64,000 nt of DNA from Tubulanus polymorphus (taxonomy: Eukaryota; Animalia; Nemertea): positions 16,650,150 to 16,714,149 of the forward strand of contig NC_134026.1 in assembly GCF_964204645.1 (NCBI RefSeq), given 5' to 3'. The position numbers and the translations under genes are program-made. The notes below the pieces were generated by a model. The model was not told where the DNA came from and searched no databases. It saw only the letters and a program-made list of their open reading frames with translations. Positions within the stretch are counted from its first letter, which is position 1; every line of letters begins with the position of its first letter. Shown here piece by piece: positions 49,901-63,100 of this stretch.

Positions 49901-52900
49901 TTAACATCTAATATTCTTCAGAGTCATTGTCATTGGTCTGTTGAAGAGTAATTTTTTGTTGTAACAGTCACTGCACCGGCACGCATCCGTACACTGCAAA
50001 CCATTTCCCATACAGTGACATTTTGTTGATCGACAATCCACCTTACATCCACATATGATAGTTTCTTTCATTTCCGCAGGTGCAGAGTCCTGTTCCATAA
50101 GTTTTGGAATGATTTTACCAGAGCTTTCGTCCCAACCATGACCAAATGGCTCTGGAACAGTTACCCTACTTATCACAGCACTTCTCCACACGAGACACTG
50201 ATAGTTAGCCCGCATTACGTGTAATCTAAAACTATCCGTCGTCGGCGGCAAGTTTCCATGTGTAGATCCCTTGAGGCAAAACAATCTGTAGCGAATATCA
50301 TTCAATGATAAATACTGTCCAATTTCATTTTTCAAGTAACAGTTTCCAATTAAATCTGTACATGCAGTCAAAGTTTTTTCCGATACTTTCACAGAGCAGC
50401 CAAGATCTTGTAAATCGTCAAATCTTGTGACATCATCCTTTAAAACCAACCACGGTTTTACCTTCCCTATTGACCTGAAAGACGAGACACTATCGCATCC
50501 CGTTAAAGCATAAAGTGGTAAAATGTATTTTACCAACTCTCCAAGTTCCATTACAACTGTTCGTACTGACAGTCTTATACTACGTAATTGTAACCAGATA
50601 TTCTCTACATTCAGAATCGGATAGAAATTCACCAAAAGCACAAACGCATCAGTATCAGGCGTATTTACAAGGATTGATGAATATCCTGTTTCACCAAGAC
50701 ATTTTATATGGTAGATCATACGGTAATCTGCCTCTTCGTGACAGCAAATGTATTCTTCTGTAGGACTTTGACTCTTATTAGTAACGACACGTACAGAGTT
50801 ATCGATGAACCCACCCAAAACTATTTTCTGAAAGCGATATAGTTTCTTTCCTCCAATCACTGGTAATTCACTATATAGATATTTCAGCAAATTTGTTTTG
50901 TTCGCATTTGATCCAATGAACTTTGACCACTGTTTTGGAAGAGGCGTATTTGATGTGATGACTTTTATTTCAATGGTTTCTTTGCAACGTTTGTCCCTTT
51001 CACCATCCTTGATACTGTTGTTACTATATCTATCCATAACCAGATGCAGCTCGTTACTTGACCAAAAATATTTTTCACCGAATCAAACAGGCAAATCGTC
51101 AAGTCACCAAATGTTTTCAGACTTTTTGTTTCACATAGAATGAAGTAATACCATGGCATCAATGACACAGGCATCAAATTGTCCAGTTGGAGGTTGAGGC
51201 TGAGACATGTCCTTCGTAATTGCTGGCACAAATTTACTTTTAGCTGTTGAAACTAAAGTCCCATCGGCATTAGCGATTGATAGCGGTACATTGCTAAGCT
51301 CATAGGTTAAGATGTGTTTCAGGTCGATATCCCGTCCGGACGCAACTACAAGCAATCTACTTAATATCTCGTGATTTGATACCTGGATATGTTTACATTT
51401 TCCCTGACTTTTCAGCGGTTTCCCCATATCAACGAAAGTTTTCAATCCGGACTTTTTTAATGTGTCTTTAATAAGCTTCTTTGGTGGCGATTCGACCAGG
51501 CGCTCAGAAACGAATGGCATCAACTGATGTTGTCCGTTTTGTCGAGCATTTATCAAACTTTCGGAGACATATTCTGGTGCGACAGCTCCTATAAAATCAG
51601 ATAAAATTCTTAGGTAGACTAAAGCCTTAAGGAATTTTGCATTTAAAAAGTCAGCTGAAAAGAACATTTCAGGTGCAAGTATTCAACTGACCTGTAACTA
51701 TATTGAGTAAGTCGTCTTCTGTATAGCTGAACGGATTTACAGCTAAACTTTGTGATCATGTACTTCGAACAGTCTTTGTGAGGTACAGTGAATTGCACTG
51801 AACTGCACGTATACCTTAAGTGAGATTTCATTTTCCCCCGCACATGTGCAGTCTTCATCCATCTGTTGAATATAATTTCGAAAATTTCATTTCTTTAGAG
51901 TACGCTACTGAACTTTTTCCCTGACCTACTAAATGAATGCTGCCCAGAAGCGAATGCTGCGAACACATCAGGAGCTGTAATTGGTAACGTGTTCAGGATG
52001 GTTTTCACAGTGGAGAGTTCAGTAGGTGACGAAGGAATGATAGGACAATATCCTAAATTGCATTTCGATGGAATGTGTTCAGTCACTAAAGCATTAAAAC
52101 CACCCCAGCTAGGGATTGATACATTTTTGTTGTCACATTTCAATAGGTTTATATCATAAAGCTTCATTGGGCAAACTCTAGCCATTATCCAGATATGATC
52201 ATACGTGGATTCATATGCGATGGATGTTTTGAACCATTCTAACTTGGGTTTTCGAAGCAAATCTACTAAATCAGTATCATTTATCTCTGGTCTCGGGCGA
52301 GTAACTTCGGATGGTTTCGAGTTGCAACTGGACCCCAAAGATGATTGGTATAGCATTAATATTGTGACATGTACTGACTGTCCATCCAGTGTGTCTCTTA
52401 AGAAATCAAGGTTGTCCGCAGATGCTTGTACTTAAGTTGTTTCTTGAATAGTTGGAGGTATATACGCTTCAGCTTTAGAAATGGATTCGGAATGTATGGT
52501 ATCCGTACGACAAACATCACTATAACTAATAGTATGCCCTAATCTGTTGAGCAATGTTATGAGCTCTTTAGAACCACTCAGCGATTTAACAGTATACGCC
52601 AAAGACACATGTTTCGATGTTTTGATACGGGATTGTGAAGCAATATAAACGATATCCTGTCCAACAGACGAAATGTAACGATCCTTTTTTCACTGTCACT
52701 AGCATCATCACCCGATAGTCGAGTGGTAAACAAAAAATCCAGGAACAAACGTAGATATTCTGGAATTCGTTGATCGTCAAAATTCTCTTTCTTTGTTAAT
52801 TCTATTGTTTTCTTTCTTTGTAAGGCTGTTTATAGCATTGTTCAGAATTAATGCAGCTTCATACAGAACTGCCTATTCATTTTCTCCATTTTCTCCAGCA

Positions 52901-53555
52901 GCTTCAGCACTTCTGAATTTCTGATTTCCTTGTTCGTTAACTTTGGTGAAATGTTTGCAGATGTCTTCTTTTGTGAGCTCTGAGCTCAGCAATATCTGGG
53001 GTTGGTTTTTAAGGTACTGATTAAGAAATTGCACTTTGTCACCATAAACAGATATCAATCTTTTTTTCAAGTTCTGGGCAGTGTAGTTATTAGCATCGCC
53101 TGCAGCTACATGACAGTCACCTACATTTATATCTTTCCAGCAAATTTGTTCATTTCAAGAATATAACCGTTTTGTAACGATGCATCGATTTCACCTTTTA
53201 ACCTGTCGAATGCGATATCTCTTGGATTTTCTTGAATTTCTGTAACACAACTAAATTTTTGACTCACGTATTGACATCGACAGTCTGCGTGATACCGGGC
53301 TTTTTGGCAATTAAATCATGACATTCAATAAGTGAAATCAGTGCGAAGTCATTCCTTCGTTTTGCGGCCTCAGATATCGAATTCAGTCCTGATTCTGTTT
53401 CGATTATGCACATTTTCTTTATCCTCTTGCGGCTCTGACGTCCACAAAAAATGCAGGTTTCCCAATCAAATTTCTTTCTTTTTGCAGTACCAAGGTCATT
53501 TTCGCTGCAAAAAAGTAGCCTCTTTCCTAATGCTAGTTCATCCGCAGCGGCCATT
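49901..53555 (-). pseudogene. Academ transposase with XPG/FEN1-like nuclease and Cys8 zinc finger, fragmented
   Basis: CIFC, LLNRLGHTISYSD, ADNLD, SWGGFN, PTELSTVKT, L.YELSNVPLSI, VIDAM, HEEADYR, DTDAFV, LTGCDSVSSF..IGK, LPPT, YQ..VW, CGC...C....CHC..NGLQCTDACRC..C. Confidence 0.85.
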
Positions 53556-55134
53556 TTACCTAAAGAACAATAAACAGTTTTCATTTTTCCTATTGGCCTT
53601 ATGATCAATGTAGCTACAAAAAAAACCTATTATGAATAACTGAAATGAAGCAAAATTTTGAAAGGAATGCAATTTATAATTCAAATAGGATAAATAGGCT
53701 TAATATGGATAGACCTATTCACAAGGTCACAAGGCCGATATCTGTATTGAAACATTTTCAATTTTATGTGTCTAAAAAACCAGATCCTCAGAAAATGGCC
53801 CATAACTTCAGTTGCAGTAAATAGGCCTATAGGCTATGAAGCCAAATTTTATTAAGATTGTAGTGGGGGTGTTTTGAAGTGATCACAAAAAAAATTTAAT
53901 TGATGCATGATGTCATGTTTCTACTTGCACAAATCTGACCACAAGTAATTGACCAATACAGTAGGATACAAAATTGATAAGTTCATAACGCAAAATGAGC
54001 CATGAATTAATCAGGCCTGTGTCCTGTTCACTCTACTTTCAATCACTTAATTGCGGTCAGCTTTGTGCAAGTAGAAATTTTATAGTGTTCAGTCCCACTC
54101 TGTTTCTCCCTACATATTTGTCACACACCAATCATTTTCTGTGGGGAGCTTTACCCAACACCTCCTCTGCAATCTCATGAAAAATTAGGTTTCTACACCG
54201 ACTTCAATCGGATTGATGGAACATTTTCTCCAGTTATATGAAAGACTCTGTGTATAAAATCTTACATATGTAAAATCAATTTCATACTTACATCATCTAG
54301 CCTGTCCTACTTTTTAAGTCAAGACTTTTCCTTTAACTTCATTACAGCAATAGAGATTTCCAGTTTTCTTCAATCCGATGTTTCTAAGCAACAAGCCACT
54401 ACTATCAAAACAACTATTTAACCAATTAGAATTCTTCTATATATCATGAATTTTGAGATAATGTTACTTGAAATTCCATTGATATCCATAATACGAGATA
54501 CCTATATGATACAAATTATGCAGTTGTCATGGTTACTGACACCACAATCACCGAAATGTCACAATAAACCTCGAAGACCCGACCCCCTGCTTCATTGCAG
54601 ACACGAATCGTTCAAAGTATCAGCACATAGAAAGTGACAAGATTGATTCATTCATTGACTTCTTTGATATTTAAGTGGAAAATAGCTCCACTACCCCAGT
54701 TTCTTGTATAGGGACCGACAAAATAAAAAAAATAAATGTTACCAAATGAGAGCCCATACACGAAAACCTAAAATTAGTGTAATAGCGGGCTACTTAGGAC
54801 CTTGGTTTAGGAGCTACATACTTTTTAAAGGAATTCTATCTATGAAATCAAATTAGGTATTGGTTGCCTTGGTATCCGTTTCCATGGAAATTGCACCAGT
54901 TTCCATGGAAACGGATATCGATTCCCCGAAGCCTAGATGCAAAGCTTTCGAATGATACCAAATTTGTCCATATGGTATCTCTGTTGAACGGAACTTAATT
55001 TCTAGAGTACTTTTTTGTACTTTGGTGCCCGTCTATTAGTAATTAATGAAATACCTGTTTCATTTATGATGAAAAAACTCAAATGAAAAGTCTGGCTTAT
55101 AAAGCTGTCTGCTCAGACGAAATTTAAAAAAAAA

Positions 55135-56473
55135 ACTCTTCATTTTTGCCAATAAAATTGATAATTGTGATTGATCGTTGCAAGTCAGAACCAGTTAATC
55201 ACTAATTAACATGCATTTTAATAAAATAATCTGATTCCTCCTTTACAGTGAACTAAGCTTTAACCTAGTAGAGGCTACTAGCCTATGTAGGCCTATGTAT
55301 ATGCGTAGGCCTAACATCCGGACAGTTTGGTCGTAGGCCTATTGAATAACAACCCTCCTAAATATCGTAAATTTTGTTTTGAAGTTCAATCCAATGAGTC
55401 CGTTAATAACCGCAACAATTATACTGTGTTTGTTTGAGACAGTAAAGGTTAGTTCCGGTAGGCCTAAGCCTTAAGGTCGCGTAAAACTCGATAAATCTTC
55501 AAGCGACACAGCGAACGATCTCCTTTCCTCCACAGCCAACGCTTACTCCGAATGTCAAGTGTGAGTCCAGCATTCGGATAGGAGTGTGTTATATACTTGT
55601 ATTTAGTAAATACCTTGTGCATTTGACAATGATCGGTATGTACTGTAGGAAATATAGAGTATTGATGGTATTGATATAGAGGTTGAAGCCCGCGGCCGAA
55701 TAAAGTAATATATTCTTTTATTTTGATACCTCGTCGACATAACAGCTTTTCTCCGCTATATCTCTTCGGCGTGTTTAGTTTAGGCCTACGATTCCCCGGT
55801 ACACTATAGATTTATCATAGTAAATACACGGTTAATTCGGTAAAGAAAAATAGGTATGGTAACTCCTTGAAACCCGCAGCCAAATCACTGGTAGTAATAA
55901 ATTAATTTGTTCTCGATTTGATTCTCATGATGAGGAGCTTAAACTCGCAGCTGATCCCCGGAACGACGATGTAGTAACACACGTCGATTCGTCGATGTTT
56001 ACGGCTCGACAGTGCTTTTAAAATCTAAAGTAGTAAATTTCCAGTGTATCGGTAATATGATTTGATGAGGAAAATGGGCTATTGTTAAAATCACTGTTTG
56101 AAGACCGCGGCTGAATGAAGTCTGCGGCAATAAATTAGTTCATTTATACTTGAATTGATATTCGAAGTGACAATCGGCCTGCGGGTTGATTTCGGGATGA
56201 CGACTCGAAAAACATGTCGCCCCATATAATGGGGCTAAATTTTCGATGTTTACGGCCCGACAGTGCTTTTGTAACGATGATTCGTGAAAAAAACACGCGG
56301 AGCATTTGTAGATCTCAGTGAGCTGAACGATATCATACGGATTGTATCGACAACAGCGGCAAGGTAACAAAGCCTTAGTTCTTTTAGTGAAAATAGTGTG
56401 ACATAAAATAATAATAAGAAGAAACACGCGAATCTCAATAGGGTTTTCTGTGATGTAACAGAAAACCCTAATG
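55135..56473 (-). repeat. Right arm of the inverted duplication, ending in a Helentron/HINE-like stem-loop
   Basis: Perfect 13-bp stem TAGGGTTTTCTGT / ACAGAAAACCCTA (56439-56470) near a short (AAT)n tract. Homologous to 43881-45100. Confidence 0.65.
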
Positions 56474-56519
56474 ATATAATTCATATAGCGCGATAATTCC
56501 ATGCAAAAAACAAAGTTCA

Positions 56520-58530
56520 AATGCGCTCCCCCAGGGTAACATCAATGTATGCATGGAATAGTTGAGTTTTGATCATGGAGTTGAATTCATTCAGCGTCAA
56601 GTTGAGAACAGTGGGTGTAGAGATCATCGCGTTCCAGGTTCGCGGTGCGTGTCTCGAAAACGCTCTACTACCGAAATTAGCGAGGTTGAAGGAGGGTTCA
56701 ACCAGTCTGATTCTTTCGGAGGATCGAAGACAACGTGTTGGTTGTAGTACTGAAATAGCTCACTAATATACATTGGTGCACGATCTGTAAGGGCCTTAAA
56801 AGTCAACATGAGAACTTTGAAGTCAATCATGGCTTTAACCGGCAACCAGTGTAATTCGCGCAGTACAGGAGTGATATGGGAATGTTTCGGTAAACGAACC
56901 ACGGGTCGTGCAGCACATGGGTCGTGAAGACTCTGCATGGCATCGTTTGAAATACCTGCAAGCAGACTGTTACAATAGTCAAGTCGAGATAGCACTAGAG
57001 CCTGGGTGAGGGATTTCGCAGCATCAAACGTAAGGCTTTTATGAACTAATCCAATATTTCTGATATGAAAATAGCTACTTTTTTAGAATTGATCTAACGA
57101 ACGGCACCATCGATAGTTCAAAATCAAACATGACTCCCAGATTTCGGATGGGAGTAATGATTGAAGATCGAAGGACTTAAGACGGTGTTTGGTGCCCAAT
57201 AGAAACACATCGGTTTTGGAAGCATTGGCTTTAAGAAAATTTGCCGTGTACCAATCGTAGATCGCAAGGAGACAATGTTCAACGTTGTGAATCTGAGCAT
57301 TTAGAACAGATTTGTCCTGGATAGATTCAAGTAGTTTGAAGACCTGATTGTCGTCAGCAAAGCCATTTCTGTCTAGTCCGAATGACTTAATGATGTTTTC
57401 AAGAGGTAGTACATATATAAGAAAGAGTAACGGGCCCAGTACTGAGCCTTGTGGCACCCCATACTTTAAACTGCGCGGTTCGGATGTCCGTCCATCTATC
57501 TTAACTCTAAACGACCTATTGGTCAGATATGATTTAAACCATTCAAGTGCGGTGCCACCGATGCCCAGTTACTGCCTGATACGGGATAGCAGAATACCGT
57601 GCTCGACCATGTCAAACGCAGCATTTAAATCTAACAAAACGACAATAACTACACCATTGCTATCATCAATAAAACCACGAATATCGTTCTGCACTCTCAA
57701 TAAAGCTGTCTCAGTGCTATGAAGTGGCTTGTACGCGGATTGAAGCCAGTCATGTAAAGCGTGGTGGTCCATGTGGTCGCGGAGCCGGCTAGCCACCACA
57801 CGCTCGAGTACCTTAGACACGAAGGACGGATCACTGACCGGATGGTAATTCTGGAAAATGTTCGGATTTAGTGATGACTTTTTCAGAAATGGGAGTGACT
57901 ATTGCCTCCTTCATGGAGTCTGATACGAACATAGCCACTGGATAAGGAAAGGTTCATGATTTTGATTAGAGTTGGTCACAGCCTGTCTATAACGTTTTTA
58001 AACAACCATGTAGGCAGTGGATTTAACTGGCAGGATGAGCTAAGTGCAGCCATAATGATCTTGCGCACTTCGTCGGCAGGAATTAACATTTCCATTTCGA
58101 AATCGAGACGGGGTACCAGTTCAATAGAATGATCTTGATGACTACTACTCAGCATGCCATCCCGAATAAGGTGAACCTTGTCCAAGAAAAACTGCAAATT
58201 GTTCTGCTAATGCATAAGCATCTGAATGTTCAGGTAATGTCGACGACTTTCCTCTGAGAAGAATCTGGTTGTATATCTGTTGAAGACGTTTTGGTCGCCA
58301 ACTGCGTTGTTAATTTCGTTATTATAGTAAGAAGATTTAGCCTTATTAAGCTTCGCATCGTCGTGCCTACGGGCGGCTAGAAACAATCTTTGTGAACTGT
58401 GAGTCTAGTACTCTTCCATTTACGCTCCGCCTTACGTTTCGTATATTTTGCATCGTGGACTTCGTCCGTGAACCACGGTCGAGACGGACGCTTGATTTTT
58501 ACCGGAGTTGATCGAGAGCAGCGCCTAACT
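56520..58530 (-). mobile_element. L2/CR1-group LINE, ORF2 reverse transcriptase region, 5'-truncated and decayed
   Basis: PWFT, SSCQLNPLPT, NYHPVS, SKVLERVV, QSAYKPLHSTETAL, LLDLNAAFD, PQGSVLGPLLF, FADD, SRLDYCNSLL, HITPVLRELHWLP. Confidence 0.93.
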
Positions 58531-60005
58531 TCTGATTAAAATATGTCAGACAATCATAGCCCCAGAATTAATAGATAAATTAAGCTATAAGCGTATCATC
58601 CATCTCGATTGGCTTGTCAACCACTCATAGGTTGTGACCTTCTCTGTTACATCTGTAAGATTAACTGTACGGTCCAAAATACTATAGTTTTTAATAACTC
58701 GTCTTTGGTAGCAGTACTGGTAGTTGATAGCATACAGTTCGTCATCTGGACAGATATGATCTTGCTTACATAAGTAACTCACCTGATTTGTATTTGTATA
58801 AACTATATTCCATGTTCGATATTCCCTATACACAATAATCGATGAGTTATGTCGCAGATCCAATTTTTGCGTGTGTACTAGTCCACCGTTTTCCTGATCC
58901 AAACGAAATTATTTATAAATTTAAGAGGGCAGGATTCGAATCCAAAAGCAAAACCAGAAGATGTACTCCGCTGATTAAGCAAAACAGATTTATCAACGGA
59001 TATATAAACAAAGGACAAAAGGGAATCTATCTTTGAAAATATCTCGATTGCCAAATGCCGAATATCAAATTCTGAGACAACCTTGAGTTGACGGATAATC
59101 GTGTTATTTAGATCGTAAAAGGTTGAGTTGGTATCGAAATTATTTACGCATGCTTCACGAACGAAAAGAAACGGCAGTAAGTATGATTTTAGAAATCTGT
59201 CTATATATTGATTTCAGTCAGCTTTATTGCCTGTAAAATGTACATATATTCCATATTCATATTACATTGTTATTTGCTTTCAATCATTGTTAGCTTGGGA
59301 CTTAAGTCCGAGCGGCATATAGCGTTCGCTTTTCGTTCGTCGTCCGGAATCCAGTTATTACAGGAAGTTTCGGTGACGCTCAAATGGATTGTCTGTATAT
59401 TTAGTTTATACACGTAAACATGAAAGTCTTATCTTGATCCCAAAATCTCGCCGGTCAGAATCAAGAAGACCAGCTAATTTCCATTTTTGTTCGCCGGAAT
59501 CAGAGATTTTTACACTTTAAAGTTGTCCAGGGAAAGGAGGCATCAAGGAGGCATCAATCAAATATCTTTTATCGCCCGATAGCCCACCAACAAAGAGAAA
59601 TTATGTCGATTTGACACAAGATGACCGCCCTAAGACCTTTTTGTGCCCAAAATGGTCATTTCGGCCTGGATTCCGAGACTGTAGCTTCATTATGCCTTGC
59701 CATTTATCATTGAAATTCGTGATTGGTTTACTTTGGGAAGGAATCTTAGATCTATCGATCAGTGATTTATGTGTCATGACCATCTAAGTAATCAGTCGTC
59801 ATTCGTAAATGGAAAAAGGTTTTTTGAGGTAAACATTGACAGGTTTGTGCCTTATAGTCTTGATAATTGATAACACTGTCATGAGATCCATCTAAAGTGG
59901 AATTGGGGTTTTTTGATCTCGCCAATCGTTTTCTAATTGAAAGGGTTATATTGTCTTGCCGTACTTGTTTGATTTTTACCAAAATTAACTATATTATATT
60001 TTTAT

Positions 60006-60152
60006 ACACTCGAATTTATTTTTCATTTTTTATGAACTCGCCCTCTCAACCTTTAATCTGAACCCCCATATTCCCTATTACTCTTAAAATATTCATATAT
60101 ATGAATATGAATAACTTCTAAAATCAATTTTAATAAAAAATTTGATATTAAA
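60006..60152 (+). repeat. Polinton left end, starting inside the conserved loop sequence
   Basis: ACACTCGAATTTATTTTTCA is the reverse complement of the arm plus half loop seen at 16224-16242 and 45648-45666. Confidence 0.7.
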
Positions 60153-63100
60153 ATGGAAGCAAATAAGTACAACTGTCCGACATGTAAAATCAATATAGAT
60201 AAATCTCAAAAAGCAAGACATAATCAAACTAAAACACATTTAGAGAATAAATTGAAATTAGAATATAAAGATGATATATTAGAAAATAAACTGGAGGAAT
60301 TGAAGAATGAAAAAGAAATATACAAATGTGATACATGTAATCAATCATTCAGCGACAAAAGATATTATAAAGAACATTTAAAATCTAAAAGTCATATTAG
60401 AAATATGAATAATGATATTTTAGGTGAAGATTATTTTGATAAAGATAATGATGAGAAACAGAAGACAATTAAAAGAATAAAAAATAAATTAAACAATAAA
60501 AGACCATACATGGAAGATGTTAGAAATTATATTAATTCATTAGATAATAAAAAAGAAATAGAAATAACTGAAGCATTTGAAAGTGATATTGGACCGGCCG
60601 CAATCGAGTTTAAATTTCATAAAGGTAAAACATAAGAAGAAAATAAAAAACATTTAGAAAATATGAAAAATATTATAAAAATAATTACTGATGTTGAATA
60701 CCCTAAAATCAGTATATCGGCTAAAGTTAAATTTTTAAAATCTGAAGATAAACCAATTTATAATAATAAATTCTCATTCACAACATATTATTTCAAAACA
60801 ACATATAGATGATAGATTAGATAAATGTTATAATGAAATAAAAAATAAAATAGAAGAGAAGAGAAATATTTTGAAGGATCTGGTTTAATATTCGATGAAA
60901 TATTATTTATGTCTACATGTTTATAACACAAAATATAATAAGTTAACTAAATAAAAACCAATTGAAAATAATTTATCATATTATAAAAATGATAATATTA
61001 ATGGATCAAGTTATATCAAATTACCATTTAAAACTAATGCTGTTATAAATGTACAAAATTCCGATGATAAATGTTTTCTATGGTCAATAATTAGTTGCTT
61101 ACATCCTGCAACTGATAATATTTGTAGAGTATCAAATTATAAACCATTTGAAAATAATTATAAGATAGACAGTTACCCTGTTAGAATTAAAAATATCACA
61201 AAAATAGAAAAAGATAATAATATAAAGATAAATGTATTCGATTTAATCAAATTACCAAAAACAAAAGGTAATAATATTAAAAATTATACATTAGAACCTT
61301 TGTACTTATCAAAAGATTATGATTCAAATGGTATTATAGATATATTATATTATGAAAATCATTATATGTGGATAAAACTAATTGATTTATTTTTTAAATC
61401 AGAAAATGATCACCATGAAATATATCTATGTAGAAAATGTATAGGTAACTGAATTCAGTAATGAAATTGCATTATTAAATCATAAACAATTATGTGAAAA
61501 TCATGATTATTGTAAAATAGTTTTACCAAATGAAAAGGATAAAGTATTAGAATTAAAAAATATGATTACAAAAATAAAGTACCATTTGTAATATATGGAG
61601 ATTTTGAATCAGTCAATAAAGAATTAACTGATCAAGATAGAATAGAAATATATTATAAAAGAAAGAAATTAAATTCTAATGAAAATGATATAATTGATTA
61701 TTCAGATCCTCTAATAACAAATACAATTAAAAAGATTCATCAATCAGCTGCAACTTTTGGATTATATATAAAATCAGACTATCCCGAACTAATTGAAAGT
61801 GAATATTATCATTATAGAAATGAAATTGTTATCAGTCGCTTTTGTGACTTATTAATTGAGTATGAAATTAAATTTAATGAAAAGTTAAATAAGAATAAAT
61901 AAATTATAATGACAGAAGAAGATAAAGAAGAATTTGAGTTTTCAGATAAATGTTTTTATTGTGAAAAGATATTTAATTTTAAAGATAAAAAAGTAAGAGA
62001 CCATGATCATTTGATTGGAAAGTTTAGAGGCGCAGCACATGAGAAATGTAACTTACAAGCTAAGAAAATTAACTTTGTTCCAGTTATATTGCATAACTTA
62101 TCAGGGTATGATGCACATTTATTTATCAAACAGCTATGTCATAAAATAGAAGAAATCAATAATGAAATAGAAAGAGTAAATTCATATAGACCAAAAGATA
62201 AAATACCAACTCATGAATTTAAAATGTTATCTAAAACATCTGAGAATTATATATCTTTCCAATTTGGATGCCTAAGATTTATAGATTCATATAGGTTTTT
62301 AGGTAGTCCATTAGATAATTTATCAAAATCATTAGTTGATGATGAATTAAAGATATTAAAACAACACTATCCAGATAATTATGATTTTCAATTAATGAGA
62401 TATAAAGGCGCGATTCCATATTCATTTTATAAATCGCATAATGATTTTAACATAACTGAATTATTAAAAGAACAATTTTATGATGAATTAAAAAATGAAT
62501 ATGTTAACATAACTGAATTATTGAAGGAACAATTCTATGATGAATTGAAAAATGAATATGTTTTAAAGATGAAGTCTATAATAGAACATTGAATATTTGG
62601 AATCATTTCAAAATAGAAAATCATGGACAATTAGTAGATTTATATATATATATTTATATATGTATTATTATTAACTGATATATTTGAAAGGTTTAGAGAT
62701 GTGAATCTAAAATATTTCAATATTGATCCATGTCATTGTTAACCTAGTCCAGGTTTAACTTGGGACTGTGGATTAAAATTTACAGATATAAAAATGGATT
62801 TATTAACAAATATAGATCAATTATTATTATTTGAAAAATCTATAAGAGGAGGAGTTTCGGGTGTATTAGGTGATAGATATTTCAATGTAAATGATAACCC
62901 TGGATATAAATTATTATATATAGATGCAAATAATCTATATGGTTGGGCAATGATGGAACCACAGCCTTATGGAGTATTTGAAATAACTGAAGTTTTACAA
63001 CATGAAAATAATGATAAATTGGATTGGAAGAAAATAATTCTAGATATTGCAGATGATTCAGATACTGGTTACTTCTTTGTTGTAGATTTAGAATATCCTG

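Larger units (their letters stand above)
48381..55035 (-). mobile_element. AcademX DNA transposon with ~600-bp TIRs
   Basis: Termini TAGACGGGCACCAAAG / CTTTGGTGCCCGTCTA, 3-bp TSD TTA, inverted repeats 48381-48977 and 54420-55035, and an XPG plus Cys8 protein inside. Confidence 0.9.

Noticed and set aside
48760-54637. Twin 63-aa ORFs MNFEIMLLE... at 48760-48951 and 54446-54637
   Set aside because: They are identical only because they lie in the Academ TIRs. No coding evidence.
43881-56410. Outer inverted repeat as the TIRs of one giant transposon
   Set aside because: No matching termini or TSD, and the left arm also pairs with 47155-47590, so it is better explained as an inverted duplication with later insertions.
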